DNA from: Chiloscyllium plagiosum
Lineage: Eukaryota
Direction of reading: 5' to 3'
Assembly: GCF_004010195.1 (NCBI RefSeq)
Contig: NC_057711.1
Span: 78,866,456-78,930,455 of the forward strand
DNA length: 64,000 nt
The notes under the pieces are model-generated. The model made no database searches and was not told where the DNA came from. It saw only the letters and a list, made by a program, of their open reading frames with translations. A program made the translations under genes and the position numbers. Of this stretch, positions 52,100 through 64,000 are shown piece after piece (the stretch's first letter is position 1; each line of letters begins with the position of its first letter).

Positions 52100-53280
52100 T
52101 CTTGACAGTTTCTATAAGGTATTGGTTACTCACAGAAAGCAGAAAGTATGGATAAAAAGGCTATTTTAAGTTTGGCAAGCTGTTACTTGTGGAGTGCCAA
52201 AGTGGTCAGGACTGAGGCCTGTATCAATGACTGGGGCAAGGGGACCAAATGTATGGTTGCTAAATTTTCTGATGACACCATCTAAGATATTAAAGTAAGT
52301 TATCAAGAAGACATAAAGAGACTATAAATTGATTTAGAACATAGAACAGTATGTCACAGTATATGCCATTTGGCCCTTGATGTTGTACCGACCTTTTATC
52401 TTACGCTAAGATCAAACTAACCTACATACCCTTCAATTTACTATCATCCATCATTTAGATAAGTTAAGTGACTAGGTAAAATCTTGGCAAATGGAGTATA
52501 ATGTGAGAAAATATGACTTGCCTGCTTTGGAAAGAAGCATGTTATTTAAATGGATGGAGACTGCAGAACTCTGCAGTCCTGAGGATTCTGGCTGTTCTGG
52601 TGCATGAATCACAAAAAGCTGGTATGCAGTACAGCAGTGATCAGGATGGCAAATAGGATGGCATGCTTTGTTGCAGGCAGAAGCAACTATAAATGTTGGG
52701 AAATTTTGCTCTCGTTGTACAGGCCTTAGATCATATTTGAGTACTGCGTACAGTTTTGGTCCCCATACTTAGAAAAGGAAATAACTGCATTAAAAGCAGT
52801 TCAGAGAAAGCTAACTATACTGATTTCTGGGATGAAGTAGTTATCTTATGCAGAAAGATTAAGCAAGTTGGACCGTTACCCATTGAGATTTAGAAGAAAG
52901 AGATGTCATCTTATTGGAATATATGAGATCTTGAGAGAATGAATACTGAAAGAATGTGTCCCCTTGTATGACAGTCTAGAACTAAGGGACATAGTTTTAA
53001 AATTAGGAGTCTCCGATTTAAGAGATGAGGAGAAATTCTTTTTCTTAAAACCTTGTAAGTCTGTGGAATCCTCTTCCTCAGAGGGTGGTGGAGACTGGAT
53101 AATTGAATATATTCAAGGCTCAGTTGCATAGTTTTGTTTATAATTAATTAAGTCAATGGTTATTGAGTAAAGATGGAAAAGTAGAGCCCATAATATGAGT
53201 CAGAAATGATCGTATTGAATGGTGGAGCAAACCTGATTGGCCAAAACATGACTAACTTACTCTATTTCTTGTGTTGTTGC
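52100..53280 (+). mobile_element. Old CR1 RT to 3' end, degenerate, with a small minus-strand CR1 tail inserted near 52335-52450
   Basis: KFSDDT, WQMEYNVRK and EYCVQFWSP remnants plus 3' UTR. Confidence 0.8.
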
Positions 53281-53527
53281 CCAGCAATGAGACCTGAGAG
53301 AGTAGTCTATTAAGCCACAACCCACCAATGGAAAAAACACATGAAGATTTAAAAAGCCCTCCCGGCTGTTAGCACTGTGTCAGACCTTGTGGCAGCAATT
53401 GCTGCCTCAGAACTTGCAAACCTGCATCTCTTCATCTGACACCCAGTTTGGAAAGCCCTATACCAGAGACCATTTTTAATGATCAATTAAGTCTCAATTC
53501 AAGAACAATAAGCAAAGAAAACAGATG

Positions 53528-54656
53528 CAGGTAGTGCTCCTATAACACATGTTTGTTAAATGTGATTTGGTTATAACACGATTCCATCCCATGCACTTAC
53601 ATGAACAACAAAACGCAGCCTCACGATCCTGTCTGCAAAATGCAAATTAAGTCTGTTTAGATAAAACAGGAACGTAATCAGTTCTGCAAGCCTTGAAACT
53701 TAGCCTGAAACTGGGAATTGTAGTCTACTTTAGAAGGAACTTTACTTCAAACCAGGGGTGAATCTTGGCATCATGTGGTCAGTCAGCTTGTGCGTTTTCT
53801 GGTGAAGAGCTTCGTGAAAGGTACAGTGCTGTAGTCAGTGATTTTAGTGTTAAAGTATTAAATTTACTGTATTATTCCATAAAAAATATATGATTTAAAG
53901 ATTTACTTAGCGTTCATTAGCAGAGGGATTAAATTAAAGAGTCGTGAAGTGATGTTGCAGCTGTACAGGACCTTGGTTAGGCCACATTTGGAGTACTGTG
54001 TGCAGTTCTGGTCGCCTCACTTTAGGAAGGATGTGGAAGCTTTGGAGAGGGTGCAGAGAAGATTTACCAGGATGTTGCCTGGAATGGAGAATAGGTCGTA
54101 CGAGGATAGGTTGAGAGTGCTAGGCCTTTTCTCGTTGGAACGGCGAAGGATGAGGGGTGACTTGATAGAGGTTTATAAGATGATCAGAGGAATAGATAGG
54201 GTAGACAGTCAGAAACTTTTTCCCCGGGTACAACAGAGTGTTACAAGGGGACATACATTTAAGGTGAAGGGTGGAAGGTATAGGGGGGATGTCAGGGGTA
54301 GGTTCTTTACCCAGAGAGTGGTGGGGGCATGGAATGCGCTGCCTGTGGGAATGGCAGAGTCAGAACCTTTAAGCGGCAATTGGATAGGTACGTGGATGGG
54401 TGCTTAAGCTAGGATAAATGTTCGGCACAACATCTTGGGCCGAAGGGCCTGTTCTGTGCTGTATTGTTCTATGTTCTATGGTCTATGTACTGAGACTGTG
54501 CTATCATTTGTGTTAGGCTATTATTTTTGTTTTGATTTTTACTGATATTTTTGCCCCAACTATGTTTTTCCCATAAGCACCATTATTTATATTATGTGGT
54601 TTTCTATAACAGTGTTGTACAGGAATGCAACTACTGCATTATAGGAGAACTACCTG
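53528..54656. mobile_element. Non-autonomous pogo/Tigger-like (Tc1/mariner) DNA transposon with 18-bp TIRs, containing a CR1 insertion
   Basis: CAGGTAGTGCTCCTATAA (53528-53545) vs TTATAGGAGAACTACCTG (54639-54656), 17/18 match; TA on the right flank and TG on the left. Confidence 0.78.
53905..54490 (+). mobile_element. Young 5'-truncated CR1/HER1-type LINE 3' end
   Basis: Open ORF 53949..54407 LYRTLVRPHLEYCVQFWSP..; (TTCTATG)n tail. Confidence 0.95.
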
Positions 54657-54659
54657 TAG

Positions 54660-55700
54660 GTTAAAGGAAAATCTCTTCTAAGTTCTTTGATGAAGTAACA
54701 GAAAAAATAAAAGTAGTGTAGTAGACATTTTTTGCATGTATTTCTGAAAGTTTTTGATTAACACATCAAATAGATCTATTTAGAAATAAAGCAATATGTT
54801 GTATTAAAGGGACAGTAGCTAAGGAATTGGTGACAGAGGATATCGAATGGACATTTTTTAGTTGGAGATAAATATATTGTGGAATCCCAGGCTTCAGTAT
54901 CAAGACTATTACTTTTCTTGTTACATTAAATAACTTGGACTCGGGTATAAATGGTATGATTTTGAATTTTGAGGATAATAACACTTTTGCAAATAACCAG
55001 TTGTGGTAAACATTGAGCAAAATAACAGCAAGAGGACATAAACAGACTGGAAGATGCAAATTGGATTTTTTCCGCTTGAGTTAAGGTGAGTGAGGAGTGA
55101 CTTGATTGAATTATATAAGATCCGGAATGATCTGGACAAAGTCATGGTTCCTCTTGTGGGTAAGTCCAGAACTAGGGGCACTGTTTAAAAATTAGAGATT
55201 GCTCTTTTTAGTTAGAGAAGAAGCAATTTTTCTTTTTTCAGAGGGTTGTGTGAACTTGGAACTCAAGGCTTCTAAATTCAAAAGTAAACTAATGCAGGTA
55301 AGTGTGAATTGGCATACTTTAAGCAATGTAACATTCTATTACTTTGAGGTGGGTGCAAGAGCAGAAGGACCTAGCGGGGGGAGGGAGGGGTGGGGTGGGG
55401 AAAGTGGAGTGAGCAGTGGATGTGTGTGTGGATGCAAGTTTACAAATCTGTAACATTGACTGTCCAAGTTGATGAGACTATTCAGAAACTTTGTAAATGG
55501 CAACATTGTATTCAAAAGCAAGAAAAGTATGTGAAACGTTTACAAGTCAATGATTAAGCCCCTGATGGAGTATTTCATGCACATCTGGGCTTCACACTGA
55601 AGGATGCATGTCAAGGATAAAGAGATTTGCTAGGATGATACCGGGGATAGTTATGTGGAGAATTTGGAGTAATTGGAATTATTCTCCCTTGAGATCACAT
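54660..55700 (+). mobile_element. Highly degenerate CR1 RT/3' fragments
   Basis: FFDEVT, YINNLDSG and SRTRGH-like remnants. Confidence 0.5.
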
Positions 55701-56794
55701 TGGTCAACATCAGCAGGGTGAAATGGACTTGTAGAGAATCAGCAACCATGTACATACAGTGCCAGTTCTACTTTCCATTAAGTTGGAAAATATTGGTAAG
55801 GTTGTACTTTCAAGGCAAGCCAAGAAAAAAGAATAGTAGCACGAGAAATCAAGTATCCAAGAAATGTTAGCAGTATCATTCTGTCAACTTCAATGGATAG
55901 AATATTGAGTCCAATGAAACAGCGTTTCGCAATGAGATCAAGTTGTGTTACTGGAATAGACCAATTTCATCTCCATTCTACCTCTCCACCCCCTAACCAA
56001 GAATAGGTTATGTACTGAAGCAAGGTGTTTGTTTATGATTGTGGTAAGGAATGTGCTATATTATTGTAATAAGCATGTTTTAACAAACAAAACCAAGTCT
56101 GTTTTAATTCATTGTTGTGGAATTCAGGTGATAAAACATGTAGTGTTCAACAAAACAGAAAGGAATTCTGTGCTTTGATTATACTCTGCTTAAGTCCCAT
56201 CAAATCGTACAAAGGCAATTGTTTTCTTGGTTCACACTGAATGCTTTTAATCATATTTTGATTTTGATTTTGATTATTTAAATGTTTGCAAATTGTAAAC
56301 TGAAGCCCCATTTACAGTCAAATCAGGTTATGAACATACTAATTTGAAACCCCCAACATGAATGAAGATTCATTGACAGTCATGAAAATTCATGACAATT
56401 TTTCAAAAGTTGACCTTGCTGAATGTGCTAAGGAATGAGACCATCTGAAAATTTCTCAATTTAGAGTTCATAGCTTAAAGCTCCAGTCAAGTTTTGTAAG
56501 TTACTATGAAATATTAGAATTAGCAAACATCTCTTTTTCTAGGCTATTTCTGTGAACTATTTTTAGTTCTCTATTTTTAATTCTTTCAGTTTTTCAACCA
56601 TCAATTGAGCTCTTGCCAGCATTGTGTTTAGTTGTATTAATTATGTTGAATTTCTATTTGGTCAGCAAGATAACGCTGTCTTACTACAAAAGCTCTGGCA
56701 CCTGTATTGTGCCAGTGTTTACAGCTTCCTAGAGCCAAGAGGTCAATATAAAACTGGCAGTGCAGTTTGGCATTAAAGGAAACAATTTTCAAAA

Positions 56795-56827
56795 GTTGGA
56801 AATAGAATGATTCATTCTATTTCCAAC
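56795..56827. repeat. Perfect inverted repeat, 16-bp arms, 1-nt spacer
   Basis: GTTGGAAATAGAATGA-T-TCATTCTATTTCCAAC. Confidence 0.95.
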
Positions 56828-57442
56828 CTGTAGCAGTGTAACTACAAAGAGGCTCTTTAACAACATTTTTATTTCATGCTTACTAAAATCCAAATTGAAA
56901 TTCCATGAAGCCTTTCATGTTCTGTAAATCAATTTTTAAAAATGCACCCTGCTCCAAAACTGTTTCTGAGAAAAAAGCTGGCCAAAATGGTGAACAATGT
57001 TACAGGAAAGCTGTTTCTAGAGGTAGGGAATTTGCAGGATGACCTGATTTCCACAGATTGCAAACATACACTCTCAGAATCGCAGAATCTTTTCAGCACA
57101 GAAGGAGGCCATTTGTTTCTTTGTATTTGCACTGGCTCTCCAAATGAAGATTTCCCTTATTTTCATTCTTCTGTCTGCTATCTGTAACCCTGTGTGCTTT
57201 TCCTTATCAAATAGCTGTCTAATTCCCTTTTGAATGCATTAATTGAACCTGCCTCATTGGTATTGCAATCCAGATCCTAACAACTCACTGTGTGAAAAAA
57301 AAGCTTTCTCTCTTATTGTTATTGATTATTTTGCTAATTACTTTAAAATGGTGACCACTGGTTCTTGTTCCTTTATGAGCAGTTTGGGAACAGTTTCTCC
57401 TAACTTTGTATTTACTATAGGACCCCTCATGATTTTGAATAC

Positions 57443-57667
57443 TGAAATAACAGTACGGAGACAGGTATTCTGTCACCAAGTTACCCTTTATTTACGCGTG
57501 GCCAGTGTACTGGCTGTGGTCTGTCAGTTCAGAATCAGTCCCTGTACTGAGGAAATTCCGAATCCCCTCTTTACATTTGTCAGCCAGGGCTATCTGATTG
57601 GTCCAGGTTAACAATGCCAATCAAGGATCTCATAGTCACTGTGATCTACCTGGTTCCAATCAGCAGA
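57443..57667 (-). repeat. 3' LTR of the Gypsy element; polypurine tract at 57668-57681
   Basis: Shares TGAAATAAC..CTTTATTTAC..CAGGTTAACAA..AATCAAGGATCTCATAGTCA..CTGGTTCCAATCA with 61698-61870; G-rich PPT adjacent on the minus strand. Confidence 0.9.
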
Positions 57668-60600
57668 TCCTCGCCCCCCCCACCAAGTCCAGGGATATAG
57701 GCCTGGTCTTTCTCTTGTAGCTTTCCAGCAATGTTTTTGCCCCAGGTCCGGTTTCTCTGACTTGGACTCTGACACAGGTGGTGGTGTACAGGCCATGGCA
57801 CATCTCGTGCATCCGGAGTGTCCTTGGAAGAGTTTTCTCCTTCTCCTCTGGCATTAACTGTATTGAGGCTGCATTCATCTCAGACTCTGAGGTTTCCTTG
57901 ATACTAGATGGAGGGGAAGAACCCATGGTTTCTGACAAGCCTTCTGGTTGTCCTGAGGGGCCAGATATGTTTTACAACATAGCAGCTTTCAGGTGATCCA
58001 CGTGTTTGTTCAAGACTATCCCACCTACCTGAACCTTGTAAGTTATGGGTCCTGACTTTGCAGCAACCTTGCCTCTACCCATACAAGGCCATTTCCACAG
58101 TTCTGGCACTAAACTTAGTCCCCTGAAGTAAATTGTTTCTCTTGCTTCTAGGAAGAATGTGGCTGCTATTGGAGTTCCTGCTGCCATTTTACCCACCACC
58201 TCAAGAAATATCCGGTTTAACCTGGTGCATGGTCTTCTCCCTGAAGCCTTCTGCTGGAGCTATCTCTCTAGTTGTGAGAGCTGTAGTCCTGTAAATGAAC
58301 AGGAACCAGGACAGTTTGGTATTGAGTGATGCTATTGGCACTTTTTTTAAGCCACCCTTCAACATTTGGACCATTCTTTCTACCAGACCATTAGATGATG
58401 GATAATATGGAGCTGTCCTTATGTGCCAAATGGCATTCAACTTTAGGAAATACTCGAATTCCCTGCTGGTAAATGATGTCCCATTTTCCATGACCATTGC
58501 TTCCGGGAGTCCAATGCTTGCAGCATTTTAATCATCATCCCTGCTTTTGCCAATGACCACTTTGAATGGGCATCCACAATGATCAGGAACATTGAGCCCA
58601 TGAAAGTGCTGGCATAATCGACATGTAACTGAGTCCAGAGTTTACCCAGCCATTCCCACAAATGTGGGGGCACCACAGGTGGCAATTTTTGTCCTTGTTG
58701 GGCACTGGGCACTGCCCCACTAATGCAGCAATGTCAGCATCCAACTCTAGCCAGCAGACATAACTTCTTGCCAGCATCTTCATCCTGGTGACCCCTGGAT
58801 GACTCTGGTGGGATTTTGCAAGTATCTGGCGATGATCTTTACTCAGGACTATCACTCTAGTGACCCATTGCAATATGTTGCCCTCCACGATGATCTGGTC
58901 TTGCCAGGTGCAGAAAGGCTTCAATCCAGGTTGTGATGACCCTTCTGTTTCCCCATTACCCACCAGCTGTTTCAGTTTTGCTAGGACAGGATCTTTCTGT
59001 GTCCATAGTCAGATATTGGCCGCAGTGACTGAAAGGATATCCAGGAACTCTGAAGCCAGAACAGACTTTTCCAGGAGAGGCACCAACAGTGGAGTATCTG
59101 CCAGTGGGAGCTGGCTGAATGCATCCACATTAGCCACTTGGCTTCTTGGACAGTGTTCTAACTTGTATGTACTGAGCATAAGGGCCCACCGCTGAATTCA
59201 ACTGCAAGCTATGGGCAGCACCTCCTTGTTTTCCTTCAGTAGCCTTGGCAGGGGGGTTGTGATCTGTTACAATGACAAATTCACGTCTGTGAAGGTATTG
59301 GTGGAACTTCCTCACATGAAAGATGACCGTCAAACCTATCTCTATTCCTTCTCTATTTGGGTATATTTGCATTTGGTATCAACCAAAGTCTAGGAAGCGT
59401 ATGCTGTTAGGCATTATTTTTCCGTTGGACTCCCTAATACCGTACAGGGAGTCATCGTATGTCAGTACTACTTCTCACTTCAGATCGTAGTGGGCTAACA
59501 CCTTTAGATGATGACAGCTGCTTTTTCACTTCCCTAAAGGCTACTTGACTACGTGACCATTTCCAAGGCTGACCTTTTTTCAATAGCAGGTGTGAGGGTA
59601 CCAAGGTGGAGGCCAGGTTATGTATGAATTTTCTGTAATAATTCACCAACCCAAGGAAACACCTCAGCTTCAGGCAAGATGTGGGAATTGGAGCACCTTT
59701 GATCGCCATTACTTTCTCTTCCAATGGGTGTAATCTGATTTTATCAATTCTTTAACCCAAGTAGGTTACTTGGGGTGCCTGAAACACACACTTTTCCCTT
59801 CTAAGGCATATACCTACCTGGGAGTAATGTTTAACCACTATGTCCAAGTTCTCCAAGTGCTCTTTATTGGTCTTCCCGGTTATTAGTACGTCATCCAGAT
59901 AAATGGTAACCTGGGGGAGCTCCTGTAAAATGTTCTCCATGGTCCACTGGAAAAGGGTGCAGCAGATGATACCCCAAATGGCAGCTTTGTATATTGGTAT
60001 AACCCTTTTGGGCATTAATTGTAGCGTACTTCTGGGACTCCCCATCCAATTGCATTTGCATGGAGCCATGGCTCATGTCCACCTTTGTGAAGGACAGCCC
60101 CTTCGCCAATTTTATGTACAAGTCCTCTATGTGAGGGATTCAGTATTTATCTAGCTGGAAGAAACAGTTTACCGTTTGCTTAAATTTCCCACATAGGCGA
60201 ACTGAGCTTCACAGTCAGTATGACCGGGTGCTACCATTCTGCAAACAGCACTGTTTTGATGATTCCTTCACTCTCCAGCCCCCTGATTTCCACCTTTACT
60301 TTTGCCCACTGTTGGGAATCTAATCTAATCTAAATAGCAGCAGGCAGGCCTTGCAGAATCACAGAACTGGGTCCTGGTCACCATTGTAAAGTGGCTTTGG
60401 CCTCTTTGATAGTTCCTAGCCCTTAATGAAAAATCCTTGGGTATTTTATGAGGATTTCACTGAGGCAGTCATTTTCTATTCAAAAAATGTTGAGCCAAGC
60501 GAGGTGAATTGTTCTCAACCAATTCCACCCTAATAGGTTTGGGCCCAAGCCTTTTACTACCACCAGTGGTAATTCACCAATTCCTTCTCATAAGAGATGT

Positions 60601-61697
60601 GAACCAGAGTTGTGCCCTTAAAATGCAATGCTTCCCTAGTCTGGCTGAGGTCTTATGTAAACATGTTAAAGACAGATTCTGCCAACTACAGAAAGAGCTG
60701 CGTTGGTATCGATCTCCACCGGAACTTGATGACCATTTAACCAAACATTCATTTTAATTGGTTCTGAATTGAACGTAACTAAGCAATTTAGTTGTTCCAA
60801 TCCACATGCGTACACCTCCTTGATACCGGCCTATAAGTTTTATTAATCAGGCCAGGCATTGTAGGAGTCCTTTGCTTCTCAAATCCGCATACTGGCAGCA
60901 ACTACAATGGCTTGCTGGCCAGACCATGAAGACCTTTTTAACTCTTGTGGCCGAGACTCAGCTTTGTTGTGGGAATCTGCTGTGGACTGTCTTAGGGTCC
61001 TTCTGCTCAGGATATACCCTGTGTAAGGCTTTGTGATTGACTACACTCGAGTAGTGTTCCACAAGCTCAGTTGGACAGGCGAGGGTGTCCACTTCCACTG
61101 GGATGTCCTGTAGCTCCCATGCTCCACTTGCTCTAATGACAAAGCCAGCTGTAGTGTCTGTTTGAAGTCCAGTTGGGCTTCAGCTAGTAGGCATTTTTGC
61201 AGTTATGTCATTAATCCCACATACCACACAGTCTCTCACATGTTATTCAAGGTTAACCCAAACTCACATGCCTTTGCCTGTTGTCTTCACCCCATTCCGA
61301 TACCGATTCCCATGGTTCTCGAACAGCTGAATAAAACTGATAGTGTCTCAGAATTAGAGGAAGTATGGGGTTGTAATATTCCTTAATCAAATCTGTCAAC
61401 TCTTGGAAGGTTTTAGTGTCTGGTGCCTCTGGTGTCTGGAAGTTAAGCGCCTAATAACTGAAAATGCTGTGGGTCTGCAAGCAGCCAGATTACTCGTTGC
61501 TCTTCATCTGCCCCAGTCTCTTATGCCTGGAAAAAATATTGCATTCTTTTCACATACTGGGCGCAGTCTTTGGTAGCAGGATCGAATGAATTAAGCTTCC
61601 CAAATAAAGGCATGATGCCAGAGATGCTTACCCCAACTCAAAGATGACTGTGGCAAGTAAAGTTCTTCAGGCACATACTGTTTTCTCTAGTCGCCAC

Positions 61698-61870
61698 TGA
61701 AATAACTGCAAAGAGGCTGGGATCCTATCACCATGTCACTCTTTATTTACATGTACACAGTACATTGAGTATGGCCATCCAGTTTGGAGTCAGTCTCTGA
61801 CTGGCGCAGGTTAACAACCCTAATCAAGGATCTCATAGTCAGCAATGCTCATCTGGTTCCAATCACTCCA
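61698..61870 (-). repeat. 5' LTR of the Gypsy element (about 50 bp shorter); PBS at about 61685-61696
   Basis: TG...CA ends on the minus strand, followed by TGGCGACTAGAG. Confidence 0.9.
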
Positions 61871-62049
61871 GATAACTTTATCAAATCTCTTCTCAGTCTC
61901 CACCAGGGTAAACAGTCCTAACTGCACCAACCTACCTTCATAATCGAAGTTCCTCATCTGTGGAACTGTCACAATGCTACAGCTATATTGAATCTTCAGA
62001 CTACCAATGATGGCAACAAGTCACATGGGTAAACAGACATCTGACTTGG

Positions 62050-62500
62050 GGGCAGGAGTAGACAATTCAACTTCTCGATCTTGCTCTGCCATTTAATAAA
62101 ATCATGGCTGATTTGATTATAACCTCAAGTCCACATTCCTATTTACCTCTGATAACCTATTGTTCCCTTGCTGAATAAGAAGCTATCCAACTCTGTCTCA
62201 CAAATATTCAAGGATATTGCCTCATCCATCTTATCAGGAAGAGAGTTCCGAAAAGTTATAAGCCTCTGAGAGATAAAATTTCACCTCATTTCTGTTTTAA
62301 ATGGTTGTCCCTTGAGTTTTAAACAGTAACACCACCCCAACACCCCAGTCCCAGAATCTCCTATAAGATAAAACATCCTCTTCATATCCAGCCTATCAAG
62401 ACCCCACAGGGTCTTCTACCTTTTAATCAAGTCACCACTTACTCTTCTAAACCCGAGGAGATACCACCCTAACCTTTCCTCATATGATAACCTGCCCATA
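62050..62500 (-). mobile_element. Old CR1 3' fragment
   Basis: Reverse complement of the CR1 3' UTR (ATCAGCCATGATTTTATTAAATGGCAGAGCA). Confidence 0.75.
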
Positions 62501-62509
62501 CAAGGTAAT

Positions 62510-63880
62510 AAGAGACAAAAAAACTGCAGATGCTGGAATCCAAAGTAGACAAGCAGGAGGCTGGAAGAACACAGCAAGCCAGCCAGCATCAGGAGGTGGA
62601 GAAGTTGACATTTTGAAATAACCCTTCTTCAAGAACGGAGGTGGGGATAGTGGGACTGCAGATGAAGAAGGGGGAGAAGGGTTATGGGGTGGGAGAGGGG
62701 CAGAATGGTAAGGTAGTGATAGGTAAATACAGATGGTAGGCACAACCCAGTAGATCGATAGGAGGAATGAATCTGTTTAGTAATTAAAAGGACGGGTTGG
62801 TAGGCAGGATGGAGGGGGGATGCAGGGCTGGAAATGGAGCGGAGGTGGGTGGAATGGTTATTTGAAATTGATGAACTCAATGTTGAGTTGTCCGGCCCGT
62901 AGGCTGCCCAGGCAGAAAATGAAGTGTTTTTCCTCCAATTTGCGGTCTGATTCACTGTGGCGATGAAAGAGACTGAGGGCGGACATGTCGGAGAGGGAAT
63001 GGGAAGGGAAATTGAAATGACCTGTCACTGGAAGGTCAGACTTGCCCTTACGGGCCTGGCTGAGATCTTCAGCGAAACGTGCCCTTAGTTTACATTTGGT
63101 CTCACTGATGTCGAGAGACCACATTGGGAGCACTGGATACAGTAAACTAGGTTGGAGGAGAGGCAGGTGAACCTCTATCTCACCTGGAAGAACTGTTTGG
63201 TGCCCTGGATGTAGGTGAGGGAGGTGGTGTGCCAGCAGGTTTTGCATTTTTTACGGTTTCAGTGGAAGGTACCAGGAGATCGGAGGAGTGAGTGAGAAGA
63301 TTGGCATGAACCAAGGGTGGCGAAAGGAATGGTCCTTGAGGAAGGCAGAGAGTGGTGGAGAGGGGAAGATGCTCTTGGTGATAGGGTCTAGTTGGAGTTG
63401 GTGGAAGTGTTTAAGGATGATATTTTGGATGCGTAGACTGGAAGGATGCTAGGTGAGGGTAATGGGGATCCTGTATTTATTATGTTTGGACAGGGTGGAG
63501 TTTAGAACAGTCAAGTGGGGAATGCAGTAGGTGTAGTGAAGGGCTGTCTGGATGGCAGCAGGAGGAAAAACACACTGTTTAAAATGGACATCGGGGATAC
63601 TTGGGAGTGGAATGTCTCCTTGTCGCAGCAGGTGCGATGGAGGTAGAGGAATTGGGAGAATAGGATGGAGTTTTGCAGGATACAATATGGAAGGAGGTGC
63701 AGTCCAGATAGTTATGAGAGTCTGTGGGTTTGTAGTAAATGTCAATCTCTAAACTTTCCCTGGAGGTAGAAACAGAGAGGCCAAGGAAGGAGGGGGGGGG
63801 GGAGTTGTCTGAGATAGACCAAGTGAATTTAAAGGCAGAGTGGAAGTTGTTGGCAAAGTCAATGAACTGCTCCAGGTGCA
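62510..63880 (-). mobile_element. Penelope-like element fragment: RT C-terminus, GIY-YIG, 3' UTR/pLTR with decayed hammerhead
   Basis: LEQFIDFANNFHSAFKFTWSIS, YYKPTDSHNYLD and ISETKCKLRARFAEDL..PVTGHFN; terminus is the same family as 14750-14835. Confidence 0.88.
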
Positions 63881-64000
63881 CACCCAGGTTCTCTGTCTAT
63901 CCATCTAGGTTTTGTGCAAACTTAAGGGTTGGAGTCCAAATCGAATTTTGTTAATGACTGCTTCTGCAATCACTGAAGTGGCTGTGCTGGAATCAACCTC

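Larger units (their letters stand above)
57443..61870 (-). mobile_element. Full-length decayed Gypsy (Ty3) LTR retrotransposon: LTR-PBS-gag-PR-RT-RH-IN-PPT-LTR
   Basis: gag start MPLFGKLNSFDPA (ATG at 61613), protease VEIDTNAA (about 60700), RT YLDDVLITG, RNase H EFVIVTDHNP, integrase HQSHPGVTRMK/LHVDYAS/SSNGLVER; inserted in a CR1 3' remnant (57075-57442 and 61871-61975). Confidence 0.93.

Noticed and set aside
1..64000. CRISPR arrays, prokaryotic operons, rRNA or host protein-coding genes
   Set aside because: No regularly spaced repeat-spacer units, rRNA motifs or coherent exon chain; the content is vertebrate interspersed repeats. Small exons could be missed without RNA data.

Overview
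Repeat-dense non-genic (intergenic or intronic) DNA from a vertebrate, almost certainly a shark or ray: it carries HE1/V-SINEs, HER1/CR1-type LINEs and Deu-domain-like SINEs. I find no supportable host protein-coding gene; nearly all listed ORFs are broken retroelement fragments or antisense shadows. The window holds many CR1 LINE pieces (esterase ORF1, APE endonuclease, RT), a Rex1/Babar-like LINE fragment, a full-length decayed Gypsy LTR retrotransposon with both LTRs, PBS and PPT (57443-61870), a second Gypsy integrase remnant, Penelope-like element (PLE) fragments, a pogo/Tigger-like TIR element, a Harbinger transposase remnant and one N gap. The most notable signal is about 12 minimal hammerhead-ribozyme motifs in at least three PLE-related short-element families. 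Two are canonical (14487-14526, 49563-49597). Several sit in 125-210 bp insertions with 11-12 bp target-site duplications, and several fold back into inverted repeats exactly at the ribozyme core, with the 8-nt central spacer present in both orientations (flip/flop). A tRNA-like SINE head that runs directly into a LINE endonuclease, and a 99-bp locally templated insertion, also merit follow-up. All family names come from reading motifs by eye, not from database searches, and boundaries of degenerate copies are approximate.
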